Assembly (NCBI GenBank): GCA_963845245.1
Contig: CAWJRJ010000021.1
Coordinates: forward strand, 160,001 to 224,000
From: Nitrospirota bacterium
GTDB lineage: Bacteria > Nitrospirota > JACRHJ01
Length of the DNA: 64,000 nucleotides
Direction of reading: 5' to 3'
Program-made: the position numbers and the translations under genes
Shown here: piece by piece, positions 48,650 to 58,648 of the stretch
How positions within the stretch are numbered: the stretch's first letter is position 1
Layout of the letters: each line of letters starts with the position of its first letter
The notes under the pieces: generated by a model
Databases searched by the model: none
What the model was told of the DNA's origin: nothing
Seen by the model: only the letters and a program-made list of their open reading frames with translations

Positions 48650-49850
48650 ATGAAAGAGATTACTAAATATATTGTCCCCGGCTTTAAGGCCGGCGCTGTG
48701 ATGGCGGGAATAAAGAAGTCCGGCCGGTTGGACATGGCGCTTATCTTCTCCGAGACACCGGCAGTTTCGGCGGCAGTGTTCACGAAGAACAAGGTGAAGG
48801 CCGCGCCCGTGCTGCTCGACCAGCTTGTCGCGAGGAAGGCCAAGGCGCGCGCGATAGTCGTGAACAGCGGCAACGCGAACGCATGCGTCGGGGAACAGGG
48901 TAAGGATGACGCGCTCACGATGGCGGGCGACATGGCGGACGCCCTTGGTGTGAATACCTCCGACGTCTTCGTCGCCTCTACCGGCGTCATAGGCAACCCG
49001 ATGCCGATGGACAAGGTCAAGGCGGGCATAAAGGGCCTGCCAGCCGCGCTCTCCGACGGGGGCTTTGCAGATGCCGCAAAGGCGATAATGACTACCGACA
49101 CGTTCGCGAAGATATGCGGCGTGAAGGAGACCATAAACGGCAAGGAGATAAGCATAGTCGGGATCGCCAAAGGCTCGGGGATGATAAACCCGAACATGGC
49201 GACGATGCTCTGCTTCGTGGCCACGGACGCGGCGGTGGACAAGAAGGCGCTCAAGGCCGCACTCACCGACAGCGTTAACGGGAGCTTCAACCGCATCACC
49301 GTGGATGGCGATACATCTACAAATGATTCGGTCATCGTGCTTGCTAATGGCAGGGCCGGGAACAAGCCTGTCTCGCTCGACGGGCCGGGATATGTAAAGT
49401 TAAAGGACGCGCTCGGCGCGGTGCTCCTGAAGCTTGCCAAGATGGTCGTGAAGGACGGCGAGGGGGCGACCAAGCTCGTAGAGGTTGTAGTCTCAGGTGC
49501 GTCTGGATGCGAAGGACGCCGAGAAGGCCGCACGGGCCATCGCGCACTCACCATTGGTGAAGACCGCGATATTCGCCGCCGACGCCAACTGGGGCCGCAT
49601 CATCTGCGCCGCAGGCTACTCTGGCGCAAAGATGGACCCGGACAAGACCGAGATATGGTTTGAGGACGTCTGCATGGTGAAGAAAGGCGTGGGCCAGGGA
49701 TCTGAGGCCGAGAAAAAGTCTACAGCGGTAATGAAAAAGCCGGAGTACAAGCTCACTGTAAAACTCGGCGCGGGCAAGGCCTCCGCAACAATATACACCA
49801 CCGATCTGAGCTTCGAGTACGTCAAGATTAACGCGGAATACAGAAGCTGA
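48650..49850 (+). CDS. argJ: Ornithine acetyltransferase / N-acetylglutamate synthase (one frameshift)
   Basis: NSGNANA, STGVIG, IMTTDT, KGSGMINPNMATML, DGDTSTND, DGEGATK, SPLVKTA, YVKINAEYRS. Confidence 0.97.
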
Positions 49851-49885
49851 ATAAAGAATACAACCTGATTAAATTGAAATAAATC

Positions 49886-49912
49886 AAGCCCGGTTCTCCG
49901 GGCTTTTTCTTT
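49886..49912 (+). terminator. Intrinsic terminator after argJ
   Basis: AAGCCCGG/CCGGGCTT stem plus T-tract. Confidence 0.8.
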
Positions 49913-49938
49913 AATATACAGAAGTCTAAAGTTATAAC

Positions 49939-49967
49939 TTGACATCTACTGAGCATATGTTCATAAT
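49939..49967 (+). promoter_or_regulatory. Sigma70 promoter overlapped by the palindrome TGAGCATATGTTCA
   Basis: TTGACA-17 nt-CATAAT; palindrome at 49950-49963. Confidence 0.7.
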
Positions 49968-49997
49968 AGACTCAAGGTTTAGGGGGAGGTCAGAGAT

Positions 49998-50690
49998 TTG
50001 AGGCCGAAGTCTTGCAGGAGGGTTGGCAGCCAACCGGATGTCACATACTTTAAGCCTAGGGGAATACCACTCTCGGAGCTTGAGGAAGTCATCCTGACGG
50101 TCGACGAGTTCGAGGCAGTCAGGCTTGCCGACTATGACGGGCTCTATCAGGAAGAGGCCGCGGTGCGGATGAACATCTCACGTCCGACCTTCGGCAGGAT
50201 CCTGGGCCTGGCCCACAGGAAGATAGCAGAAGCCTTTGTACAGGGTAAGGCCTTAAAAATTGAGGGCGGCAAAGTCGAAATAGCCGCTGCCATATTACCA
50301 ACGGAACAAGTAGGGGGAAAAATGAACATAGCTGTATCGACCATAGACGGCAAGACAATCTGCGGACATCTTGGGAAATGCAAGGACTTCATAATTTACA
50401 AAACCGACGGCAATGAAATAACGGGTAAAAGCTTTATAAGCACAGGCGGGGCCTGCCCTGGCCACGGGGCAGACCACGGTGCCCCACATACGCACAACGT
50501 AAGCCCGTTCGATGGCTGCCGTGCAGTCATAACGCAGGGTATGGGACAGGGGATGCTCAACGGCCTCATGCAGGCGGGTATCCAGCCGGTAATCACCGAC
50601 CAGTCCGACCCGGATACGGTTGTTCTAAAATTCCTGAGGGGCGAACTTTCCGGAACGACGAAGTCGAGCTGTGAGTGCGGCAGCCATTAG
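49998..50690 (+). CDS. DUF134 HTH protein joined in frame to a NifB/NifX-family cofactor-binding domain
   Basis: RPK..RRV...[30 protein letters not shown]; then NIAVST....[18 protein letters not shown]. Confidence 0.85.
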   Translation: MRPKSCRRVGSQPDVTYFKPRGIPLSELEEVILTVDEFEAVRLADYDGLYQEEAAVRMNISRPTFGRILGLAHRKIAEAFVQGKALKIEGGKVEIAAAILPTEQVGGKMNIAVSTIDGKTICGHLGKCKDFIIYKTDGNEITGKSFISTGGACPGHGADHGAPHTHNVSPFDGCRAVITQGMGQGMLNGLMQAGIQPVITDQSDPDTVVLKFLRGELSGTTKSSCECGSH

Positions 50691-50749
50691 CAGCCCGGCC
50701 AGCTTTACGGTATGTTGCAATCGTTTTTTGAACAGAAAGGGTTCTTGAT

Positions 50750-51253
50750 ATGGAAACTGAGTTCAGCAAAGTAGTACAGGAAGACAAATGCAGGAAGATG
50801 CTCGAAGAGCTCAATTCAAACATGAGCTTGAACTGCCATGCCTGGGATACGCTCGGGAAGCCTATCCTCCCGCCCATATGGGGAAATACGCTCTGCAAGG
50901 CCATAAAGAGTACGCACGATGGTCTTATGACCTGCGCATCCTCGCACAAAGAGATGACCAAGGAGGCCAAGGCCACAGGACAGCCCGTGGTCAGGGAATG
51001 CCATGCGGGCCTGATCAAAGCCGTTCTCCCAGTCTATTGCGAAGGGAAATACATCGGCCTCTTGGGCGGCTGTGGAGCCACGCCGAAAGGCCGTGCCGTC
51101 AGTGAGGAGTATCTCTGCGGGCTTGGGCCGAAGATCGGGGTGTCGGTTGAGGAACTCCTGGCGCAGGTGGCAAGCGTGCCTGAGGTGGACAAGGAAGCTC
51201 TTAAAGAAAAGATCGAAGGCCTCATAAGGAACTGCGGCGACAATCGCACTTGA
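50750..51253 (+). CDS. Stand-alone PocR ligand-binding domain protein
   Basis: LCKAIK....C....., ECHAGL...V.P....GKYIG...GCG pattern. Confidence 0.75.
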   Translation: METEFSKVVQEDKCRKMLEELNSNMSLNCHAWDTLGKPILPPIWGNTLCKAIKSTHDGLMTCASSHKEMTKEAKATGQPVVRECHAGLIKAVLPVYCEGKYIGLLGGCGATPKGRAVSEEYLCGLGPKIGVSVEELLAQVASVPEVDKEALKEKIEGLIRNCGDNRT

Positions 51254-51323
51254 TCGTTAATTTATGATAGAATTGAGTACGTGTATAGATGATTTACTGC
51301 GGCCTGAAAATGGAGGTTTAACG

Positions 51324-51726
51324 ATGATTGCAAAGCAGATCATGGGCAAGGTAAAGGCTCCGAGGAAGAACGCCAAAGGGCAGGGATATAGCACGTACGA
51401 TGATAAGCCAGGACTATTGCCACCTGCCTGTAGTGGACGAGTCGGATAAGGTAATCGGAATTATTTCGGAGTTTGACCTCCTGAAGGCGGTAAAGGCAGG
51501 CAAGAGCCTCGAGGAAGTGACCGCCGAAGAACTCATGAGCACCAAGGTAGTGACCGTCAACGAGAACGACACTATCGATGCGGTCATAGACATTATGACG
51601 ACCCAGTACATCATATCCCTCCCGGTCGTTAAGAACGGCAAGCTTGTGGGTGTTATAAACCGCAGGAACATCCTGCACGACATGGTTGACCATGAGTACA
51701 AAGAGTACTTTATGACCATCCAATAA
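51324..51726 (+). CDS. CBS domain pair protein (frameshifted)
   Basis: AKQIM; LPVVD..DKVIGIISEFDLL; LPVVKNGKLVGVINRRNIL. Confidence 0.88.
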
Positions 51727-51747
51727 TTTTAACTAATATATAAATTG

Positions 51748-51774
51748 TCCCTCAGTAATGAGGGATATTTTTTT
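51748..51774 (+). terminator. Intrinsic terminator after the CBS gene
   Basis: TCCCTCA/TGAGGGA stem plus T-tract. Confidence 0.65.
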
Positions 51775-51846
51775 CTGTGTATTTCCTTGATTATAAGGTA
51801 AGCTATATCTGTGGCATTAGATGTTGGCCCAAAGGCGTGAGGTGGT

Positions 51847-52143
51847 ATGAAAGCTACTTTAGCCGTTGCCCTGCTTGTCCTGCTTATGATGTGCATAGCA
51901 TCTCCAGTTACCATTGCGCCCGTAAAACCCTCTACAGAAGACGCAATAATAAACATAGATGTTTGTAATTCCGGCAAGGCTTTTCTCGCCGGTTGCGGGA
52001 TGCCAGCCGTCGTGCAGATGGATGCGATAAGCCTTTTCCCGGTAGTTTCAGCCTTTGATAGACCTGCCAGTTCATTCATCTGTCTTTCAATAGCCCCCGC
52101 AATAGCCGAGCCGCCCCCGAGACAAGGAATTTCGATTTGTTGA
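51847..52143 (+). CDS. Small hypothetical protein with a hydrophobic N-terminus and a C-terminal PPP
   Basis: GAGGT RBS; IDVC..., EPPPR. Confidence 0.5.
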   Translation: MKATLAVALLVLLMMCIASPVTIAPVKPSTEDAIINIDVCNSGKAFLAGCGMPAVVQMDAISLFPVVSAFDRPASSFICLSIAPAIAEPPPRQGISIC

Positions 52144-52201
52144 AGAAGCGAGTAACTTGTTTTTTCTGGTGATATCGCTTGTCTAAACTCAGGAGGTAGA
52201 A

Positions 52202-52648
52202 ATGAAAAAATTAGTAATGGGATTGATGCTGGTGTCTGCCCTCGCCCTGACTACGTCAGTTTTAGCCGGGCCCGGCATGGGCATGGGCGGCTGGGGCGCC
52301 GGGACGAAATACGGCAAGCTGTACAACACGCAGACGGTGGAGACGGTTTCGGGCGAAGTCGTTAAGGTGGATAAGATAAAGCCGATGAAGGGCATGAGCT
52401 ACGGTATACACATTGTCCTTAAAACGGAAAAAGGGGATATCCCTGTGCACCTGGGTCCTGCCTGGTACATCAATAACCAGGACATGGAGGTAGCTGCCGG
52501 TGACAAGGTGGAGGTCAAAGGCTCCAGGGTCGAGTTCGGCGGCAAACCGGTGATAATAGCTGCCGAAGTAAAAAAAGGCGACGAGACCCTTAAGCTGAGG
52601 GACGATGACGGACTTCCGATGTGGGCTGGCTGGCGTAGAAACCGGTAG
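52202..52648 (+). CDS. Secreted OB-fold protein
   Basis: Signal peptide, GPGMGMGGW, TVETVSGEV, VHLGPAWY, GDKVEVKGSR, LRDDDGLPMW; AGGAGG RBS. Confidence 0.75.
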   Translation: MKKLVMGLMLVSALALTTSVLAGPGMGMGGWGAGTKYGKLYNTQTVETVSGEVVKVDKIKPMKGMSYGIHIVLKTEKGDIPVHLGPAWYINNQDMEVAAGDKVEVKGSRVEFGGKPVIIAAEVKKGDETLKLRDDDGLPMWAGWRRNR

Positions 52649-52685
52649 TCGGCTGCATATAGCACATTAGAAATGGAGGCTATAA

Positions 52686-53489
52686 ATGGACGCGGAAAGG
52701 GACGGTCTTTCAAGGCGCGGGCTTCTCGCAGGTGTGGGCAAGTTTGCCGCCGGAGCGGTTTTGACCGCAGGCGCAATAGGTTTCTTGGGCGAATCCGAGG
52801 CTAGGGCGGTTAAAGAGCAAAAATGGCCGTGGCCCTATGTAAAGCTTGACCCTGCCAAGACCGCCGAGGTCGCCTACAACGAATGGTACAGACTTTACTG
52901 CGGCGGCGCGGTAATAAGCAGTGTGTTCGGCCAGCTAAGGGATAAAGTGGGAGAACCCTATGCCTCGTTTCCCATTGATGCATTTATCTTCCTCGAGGGC
53001 GGCGTATCGGGGTGGGGTACCATATGCGGCTCGAACGCGGGGGCCAATATCGTCTCAAACCTTATAATAGGCCCGAGGATATCGGGTTCGGACGACGGGA
53101 TGCTGATGGGAAGCGAGATGATGCAGTGGTATTCGGACGCGGCGATGCCGGTATTTCTCCCCAAGGACCCCAAGGTCAAGACAGAGATTGTCAAGACCAC
53201 CAGCGACTCGCCGCTTTGCCATATCTCGGTGGGCAAGTGGATGAAGGCATCCGGTAAGGGTCTTAAGAGCCCTGAGAGGAGGGACAGGTGCGCAAGGGTT
53301 ACTGCAAGCGTCGCCTACCACCTCGTGGAGCTCCTGAATGCCTGGAAGGACGGCAAATACGAGACGGCAGGCGAAATACCTTCCGAGTGCGGAATAACCG
53401 CCCAGCATAACTGCACGGACTGCCACGGCGAGAATGTACCAGCGATCCCGCCCGCTGCTGCCACGCCTTTGACTTCTTCAGCAAAGTAG
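52686..53489 (+). CDS. Split-Soret cytochrome c-like protein with Tat signal
   Basis: SRRGLL Tat motif; WPWPYVKLDP, GGVSGWGTICG, SPLCHISV, ERRDRCAR, C-terminal CTDCH. Confidence 0.82.
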   Translation: MDAERDGLSRRGLLAGVGKFAAGAVLTAGAIGFLGESEARAVKEQKWPWPYVKLDPAKTAEVAYNEWYRLYCGGAVISSVFGQLRDKVGEPYASFPIDAFIFLEGGVSGWGTICGSNAGANIVSNLIIGPRISGSDDGMLMGSEMMQWYSDAAMPVFLPKDPKVKTEIVKTTSDSPLCHISVGKWMKASGKGLKSPERRDRCARVTASVAYHLVELLNAWKDGKYETAGEIPSECGITAQHNCTDCHGENVPAIPPAAATPLTSSAK

Positions 53490-53496
53490 CGTCTTC

Positions 53497-53534
53497 AGGG
53501 CCGCTCGCGGAAATGTGAGCGGCCTTTTCCTTTT
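53497..53534 (+). terminator. Intrinsic terminator
   Basis: GGCCGCTCGC/GTGAGCGGCC stem plus T-rich tail. Confidence 0.7.
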
Positions 53535-53557
53535 AGGCGATTGGGCAGTTTGGTAGT

Positions 53558-53634
53558 AAAACTTGACAACCTGACCGTCGCTGGCTATAATGTTAGTGTA
53601 TACTAACTTAATGGGGCGCGGATGACAAAGAAAG
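53558..53634 (+). promoter_or_regulatory. Consensus sigma70 promoter plus GTTAGT-N4-ACTAAC operator (copy 1)
   Basis: TTGACA-17 nt-TATAAT, then GTTAGTGTATACTAAC; 66/77 identical to 55528-55604. Confidence 0.85.
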
Positions 53635-53672
53635 GCAATGGTCTCGGCAAATACCTTATGGGAGGCAACATT

Positions 53673-54275
53673 ATGAACGCTGAATACTTTGAAGTTGCAT
53701 TGAAATTCCACGGGCACAAGTGCCCTGCGATGCCCATGGGGCTGAGGGCCGGTTTGGCGGCGATGAAGGCCCTCGGTGTTGAAAGGTCCAGGGACAAGGA
53801 ATTGTTTGTCGAGTCCGAGACGGGCAAGGGGCATGCCGCCGGATGCTTCCTCGATGGAATAATGGCCGCCACTGGATGTACGTACGGCAAGGCTAACATC
53901 CAAAAACTCTATTACAACAAGATGGCCTTTACGCTCGTGGACGCCGCCACCAGCAGGGCCGTCAGGGTCTCCTTAAAACCTGAATTTTTAGAAAAAGCCC
54001 TTAATTCGCCGTTCGTCATAAAAAGAAAGGAAGGTGTACTGCCTCAGGATATCCCAGCTGAGATAACCGACCCCCTCGTGGAGCGCATATTGGGCTTGCC
54101 GGAACAGGAGTTTCTCAATATCGGCGAGATATTCCACAAGGAAGTGAGTAAAGGCCCGGCTACGTTCGAGGTCAAAAGATGTTCGGTATGCGGGGAGGCC
54201 ACTTTCATCAACAAATTAACCGAAACGGCGGATAAAAGGTTACTCTGCGTCCCCTGCTCAGCAAAAGAGAAATAG
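53673..54275 (+). CDS. FmdE (formylmethanofuran dehydrogenase subunit E-like) protein with a C-terminal Zn finger
   Basis: [22 protein letters not shown]...TGCTYGK, CSVCGE...CVPC; GGAGG RBS (alternative in-frame start 53622). Confidence 0.88.
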   Translation: MNAEYFEVALKFHGHKCPAMPMGLRAGLAAMKALGVERSRDKELFVESETGKGHAAGCFLDGIMAATGCTYGKANIQKLYYNKMAFTLVDAATSRAVRVSLKPEFLEKALNSPFVIKRKEGVLPQDIPAEITDPLVERILGLPEQEFLNIGEIFHKEVSKGPATFEVKRCSVCGEATFINKLTETADKRLLCVPCSAKEK

Positions 54276-54279
54276 GTGC

Positions 54280-55488
54280 GTGGCGATGAAAAGACAATCT
54301 CAACCTCAGAGCCTTCACGGAGGAGCAGGGCCAGCGATTTCCCTGCCGGTTTTGCTTCTTAATTTCTTGAAGATCGGCGCCATAGGCTTCGGGGGCGGAA
54401 TGGCGGTGATTGCACTGATGGAGCGTGAACTCATACGAAGGAAACACGTCCTGGAGATGGATGAGTTTCTCCACGGGGTTGGGCTTGGACAAGTTCTTGG
54501 CCCCTTCGCAGTAAATACGGCCCTTTTCGTTGGGAACCGGCTGTACGGCCCCTTGGGCGGACTTGCATGCGCCTTTGCCTTCATAGCTCCTTCCGTCCTA
54601 ATAGTAATTGTGCTCGCCTGGCTATACTTCAGCTTTCACTCCATCCCCGCACTTCAGTATGCCATCGGGGGCCTGGGCCCCGTCGTCATCGCGCTGATCC
54701 TCGGCGCGGCGTGGTCCATGGGCAGAAAAGCCGTGCATTCCTGGCCGTCTGTGTTAATGGTGGTGCTTGCCTTGGGGCTCTCTCTGTTAAAGGTCAATGC
54801 CGCCTATATCCTCGCCGTGGCAGGCCTTATAGGATTGGCAGCAGGCAAGCGGATACAGGTCAAAGGCAGTTCCCGTAAACAGGCTGCCCAAGACAAGACG
54901 CAAACGCCCGGCGCCGGACCCACCTCGGTCTCAGCTGTAGCGTTGCTTCCGGTAGCCGGTACCGCGGCTGTGGGGATACATTCTATCTCATGGGTATTTC
55001 TTAAAATCGGCTGCATCTTTTTTGGCGGCGGTTTTGTCCTTGTGCCTATTCTTCAGCAAAAGCTGGAAGCCCTTGGATGGCTCACCCAAAAGGAGTTTAT
55101 CGACGGGGTCGCAATAAGCAACCTGACGCCCGGCCCCATCGCTGTTCTCGCCACTTTTACCGGTTTCCATCTCTATGGCGCTACGGGGGCACTGGTGGCT
55201 ACTGTTGCACTATTTACCCCGGCAATGGTACTCATGACATTCATGTCGCATGAGTACTCCCAGTTCAAGGACGCTCAGTATTTCAAGGATTTCATGGCTG
55301 GAGTAACCCCGGCGGTAGTGGGTTTGGTTGTGGGCGCTGCCATGCTTCTTGGACCCGGAATACTCCATAGCCTTGCCGGGTGGGGACTCCTGGCGATAGC
55401 CCTCGTGCTGCTGGCGCGTTTTAAATGGCATCCCGCGTTGGTCCTTGCCATCGGAGCCGTCTTGGGTGCTACTGGCATTGTCAGGTAA
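54280..55488 (+). CDS. chrA: Chromate efflux transporter, long-chain CHR
   Basis: Two FLKIG...FGGG repeats, GPFAVN and TPGPIA motifs. Confidence 0.9.
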   Translation: MAMKRQSQPQSLHGGAGPAISLPVLLLNFLKIGAIGFGGGMAVIALMERELIRRKHVLEMDEFLHGVGLGQVLGPFAVNTALFVGNRLYGPLGGLACAFAFIAPSVLIVIVLAWLYFSFHSIPALQYAIGGLGPVVIALILGAAWSMGRKAVHSWPSVLMVVLALGLSLLKVNAAYILAVAGLIGLAAGKRIQVKGSSRKQAAQDKTQTPGAGPTSVSAVALLPVAGTAAVGIHSISWVFLKIGCIFFGGGFVLVPILQQKLEALGWLTQKEFIDGVAISNLTPGPIAVLATFTGFHLYGATGALVATVALFTPAMVLMTFMSHEYSQFKDAQYFKDFMAGVTPAVVGLVVGAAMLLGPGILHSLAGWGLLAIALVLLARFKWHPALVLAIGAVLGATGIVR

Positions 55489-55527
55489 AAGACGAGACTG
55501 TTACTAATTTTACGGACACGCCTCAAA

Positions 55528-55604
55528 AAAACTTGACAACCTGATCGTTGCTGTCTATAGTGTTAGTGGATACTAACATAACGGGGCGGACATGACAAAA
55601 AAAG
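55528..55604 (+). promoter_or_regulatory. Sigma70 promoter plus GTTAGT-N4-ACTAAC operator (copy 2, tetR autoregulatory site)
   Basis: TTGACA-17 nt-TATAGT, then TGTTAGTGGATACTAACA directly before tetR. Confidence 0.85.
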
Positions 55605-56183
55605 ATACAAAGACCAGGCAGGCCGAGATAGTCGGCATGGCAATCGCCATCATCGGAGAGATGGGCGTGAGCGGTTTGACAACGGCACGGCTCGCCGAAA
55701 GGCTCGGTATGTCTGAGCCCAACCTCTACAGGCATTTCCACGACAAGGAGGCCATCCTCTCGGCAGTCATAGACGAGATCGGCGCACTGCTTATGGATAA
55801 CGCGGCGCTGCTTGCCAGTGAAACGATACCGCCTGAGGAAAAGCTGAGGTTGATCATGGTCAGCCACATCAATGAAGTGGAGCGTAGGAGCGGCCTGCCA
55901 AGGCTGGTTTTCTCGGAAGATATGCACGTCAGGTATCCGGCACTCCGGGATAAGCTGATGAAACGCATCGGGGGATACCTGGCGACTATGGAAAAGGTAA
56001 TAACCGAAGGCAAGGCAGACGGGACGTTCAGGCCGGATATAAGCGCCAGTGAGACTGCGCGTGCCTACCTGGGGATGGTGCAGTTTGCCGCGATGAGGTG
56101 GTCGCTCAGCGGTTTCTCCTTTTCGCTGCAAGGAAGAGGGCAGGCGTCTTTGGGTGAACTTTTACAGGATGATCAAGAAATAA
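55592..56183 (+). CDS. TetR/AcrR family regulator (C-terminal frameshift)
   Basis: LTTARLAERLGMSEPNLYRHFHDKEAI HTH; the shifted frame ends ..RMIKK*. Confidence 0.9.
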
Positions 56184-56192
56184 GGGGCAACC

Positions 56193-57454
56193 ATGAAAAT
56201 CTCCAGGAAGGTCTTGATAGTTGCCGCAATCACGCTATTAGTTGCAGCGGCGGTCGCTATAAAAATACTTTCCCCCGTCAAGGCGGAGTATGTTTCACCT
56301 CAGAAACGCCACCTTGTCCAGGAGGTCTTCGGCACCGGCACGGTCGAGGCGAGGGTACTCGTGACGGCGGGCAGCAAGATAACAGGACGGGTAAAGAAGC
56401 TCTACGTTGACCAGGGTGCCTTTGTCAAGAAAGGCCAGCTGCTTGCGCTGCTTGAAAGCGAAGACCTTCAGGCACTTGTGAAACAGGCCGTCGATACCCA
56501 GCAGAAGAGCGCTTCGATGGAAACCGCTACTAAAAGCGACCTTGCGCGCTCTCAGGCGGCGGCCAGGGCGGCGGATGCTGCGCTGCAAAAGTCCGAAGCC
56601 ACCCTGAAGCTTGCGAAGCAGACATTCGAGCGGTACGATGCGCTTTTCAAAAAAGGTATGGTTTCACGGCAGGACCTGGACGAGAAACAGGCTGCGTATG
56701 ACGAGGCCGTGCGTGACAGGGATAACCTCGAAGCCGGTAAATTGGCCGCCAACGCCGATACGGAAAGGGTACGAGGCACCCTCGAAGCCGCGCGGCATGA
56801 CAGCAGCGCGGGGATGGCTTCGTCGACATACGCCAAGGCAAAGCTTGAGGATTCCTTTGTCAGGGCCTCGATGGACGGTGTAGTCGTAAGCAGGGACGCC
56901 GAGGAAGGCGACGCCGTCGTTCCCGGCACTTCCATATTCCGCATAGCCGACCCGGAAACGGTATGGGTAAAGGCGAACATCGACGAGGCACAGGGAGGCG
57001 GTATCACTCCGGGAAACCCGGCCCGTGTTTATCTGAGAAGCGACAGGAAGACGCCGCTGACTGGCAGTGTAGCGCGGGTTGCCCAGGAGTCAGACCGGGT
57101 AACCGAGGAGATGGAGGTTGACGTGGCCTTCCCCTTGAAGGACAAGGGCAGGCTGCATCTCGGCGAGCAGGCGGACGTTTATGTAAACGGCAGCGAGAAA
57201 GACTGCCTTTCCATCCCGATAAAGGCCGTTACGGTTAGAGAAGGCAGGGAAGGCGTATTCATCGCCGCAGGACGGCAAGGCCCGCTTTGTGCCTGTAAAG
57301 ACCGGAATATATGACAAAAGATTTCGTGGAGATAGCGGATGGTCTGAAGGAGTCCGACAAGGTCATCCTGCTGGACGACAAGCTCAATGCAGGGCTTAAA
57401 GATGGGGCAAGGGTGAAACTGGTATCGCCGGCCTCCGGGAGCGGCAACAGATGA
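56193..57454 (+). CDS. MacA/HlyD-like periplasmic adaptor (frameshift near the 3' end)
   Basis: TM anchor, GTGTVEAR, GSKITGRV, coiled coil, DGVVVSR, WVKANIDE. Confidence 0.88.
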
Positions 57455-58647
57455 TGGACCTTGCCGTTAAAGACATAAGCCATCGCCCGAGGCGCTTCAT
57501 ATTCACCTGCCTAGGCATCGGGCTGCTACTGATGGTCGTGATGTCGATGGGCGGAATATACCGCGGGCTTGTGGACGACGCCACGCTTATGGTCGAAAAG
57601 ACCGGCGGCGATGTCTGGGTGGTACAGAAGGACACCAACGGGCCTTTCGCGGAGGATTCCCGGATACCCGAAGACCTGAAGCACACCCTCAGGGTGCTCC
57701 CCGGCGTGGAGGACACCGGGGCGATGTCCTTCCAGACCATACAGATGGACTGGAAAGGCAAGCCCAAAAGGCTTTTCGTCATTGGCTACGACCAGAACCT
57801 CGGGCTGGGCGGCCCCCCGGATATCGTCGCGGGCAGGCCAATATTGAGGCGCCACTACGAGATGGTGGCAAACGTAAAGTCCGGCCTTAAAATCGGGGAT
57901 ACCCTGACCCTGGGCCAGGACGATTACACGGTCGTCGGCCTGACCGGGAACATCGTATCTCCGTCGGGCGACCCGGTGATATACCTGACATTGGCCGACG
58001 CCCAGAAGGTGCAGTTCCAGAAGAACAACGAGGCGATAAGGAACGAACGCGAAAGGCTGAAGGAACAGGTTGCCGCCCTTCTGCCGGAAAACGTGGACGA
58101 AGGCAAGGTCGCCGACGCGCTCGCAAACGACACGCATATCGTCAACACGGTCGTCCTGAAAGTCAGAAAGGGTTACCCGGTAAAGGACGTCGTCTCCGCC
58201 GTCGAGAAATGGAAGCATTACCGCGCCTTCACGGTGCCTGAGCAGGAGAACATACTCACGATGGGGATGGTCGCGAAGGCCAAGATGCAGCTCGGGCTGT
58301 TCCGGATAATACTGCTCATAGTGTCCATGGCGATAATAAACCTTGTCATATATACCCAGACCATGGACAAGATGAGGGAGATCGCCACGCTGAAGCTGAT
58401 CGGCGCGTCCGACTGGACGATTGTGAGGCTTATCGTGGAGCAGTCGCTGCTGCTGGGTTTCTTCGCATACTGGATCGGCTACCTGCTCATCAACCTGACA
58501 TACAGCTATTTCCCGAGGCGCGTCGTACTCGTGCCTTTTGACCTGAAGTCACTCTTCGTGATGGTGATGTTCATCTGCGTAATGGCCAGTTTTACGGGTG
58601 TCCGTTCAGCCCTGAAGGTCGACCCGGCCCATGCCTTGGGAGGCTGA
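57451..58647 (+). CDS. MacB/FtsX-like ABC permease
   Basis: TM1, large periplasmic domain, REIATLKLIGA, three further TMs, VDPAHALGG. Confidence 0.9.
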   Translation: MMDLAVKDISHRPRRFIFTCLGIGLLLMVVMSMGGIYRGLVDDATLMVEKTGGDVWVVQKDTNGPFAEDSRIPEDLKHTLRVLPGVEDTGAMSFQTIQMDWKGKPKRLFVIGYDQNLGLGGPPDIVAGRPILRRHYEMVANVKSGLKIGDTLTLGQDDYTVVGLTGNIVSPSGDPVIYLTLADAQKVQFQKNNEAIRNERERLKEQVAALLPENVDEGKVADALANDTHIVNTVVLKVRKGYPVKDVVSAVEKWKHYRAFTVPEQENILTMGMVAKAKMQLGLFRIILLIVSMAIINLVIYTQTMDKMREIATLKLIGASDWTIVRLIVEQSLLLGFFAYWIGYLLINLTYSYFPRRVVLVPFDLKSLFVMVMFICVMASFTGVRSALKVDPAHALGG

Positions 58648-58648
58648 T

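Noticed and set aside
49998..50690. NifX-like domain as evidence of nitrogen fixation
   Set aside because: No nifHDK/ENB nearby; the domain commonly occurs with DUF134 outside nif clusters.
52202..52648. OB-fold protein as a magnetosome (MamS/MamX-like) gene
   Set aside because: No other mam genes and no magnetochrome motif in it; similar secreted proteins are common in non-magnetotactic bacteria.
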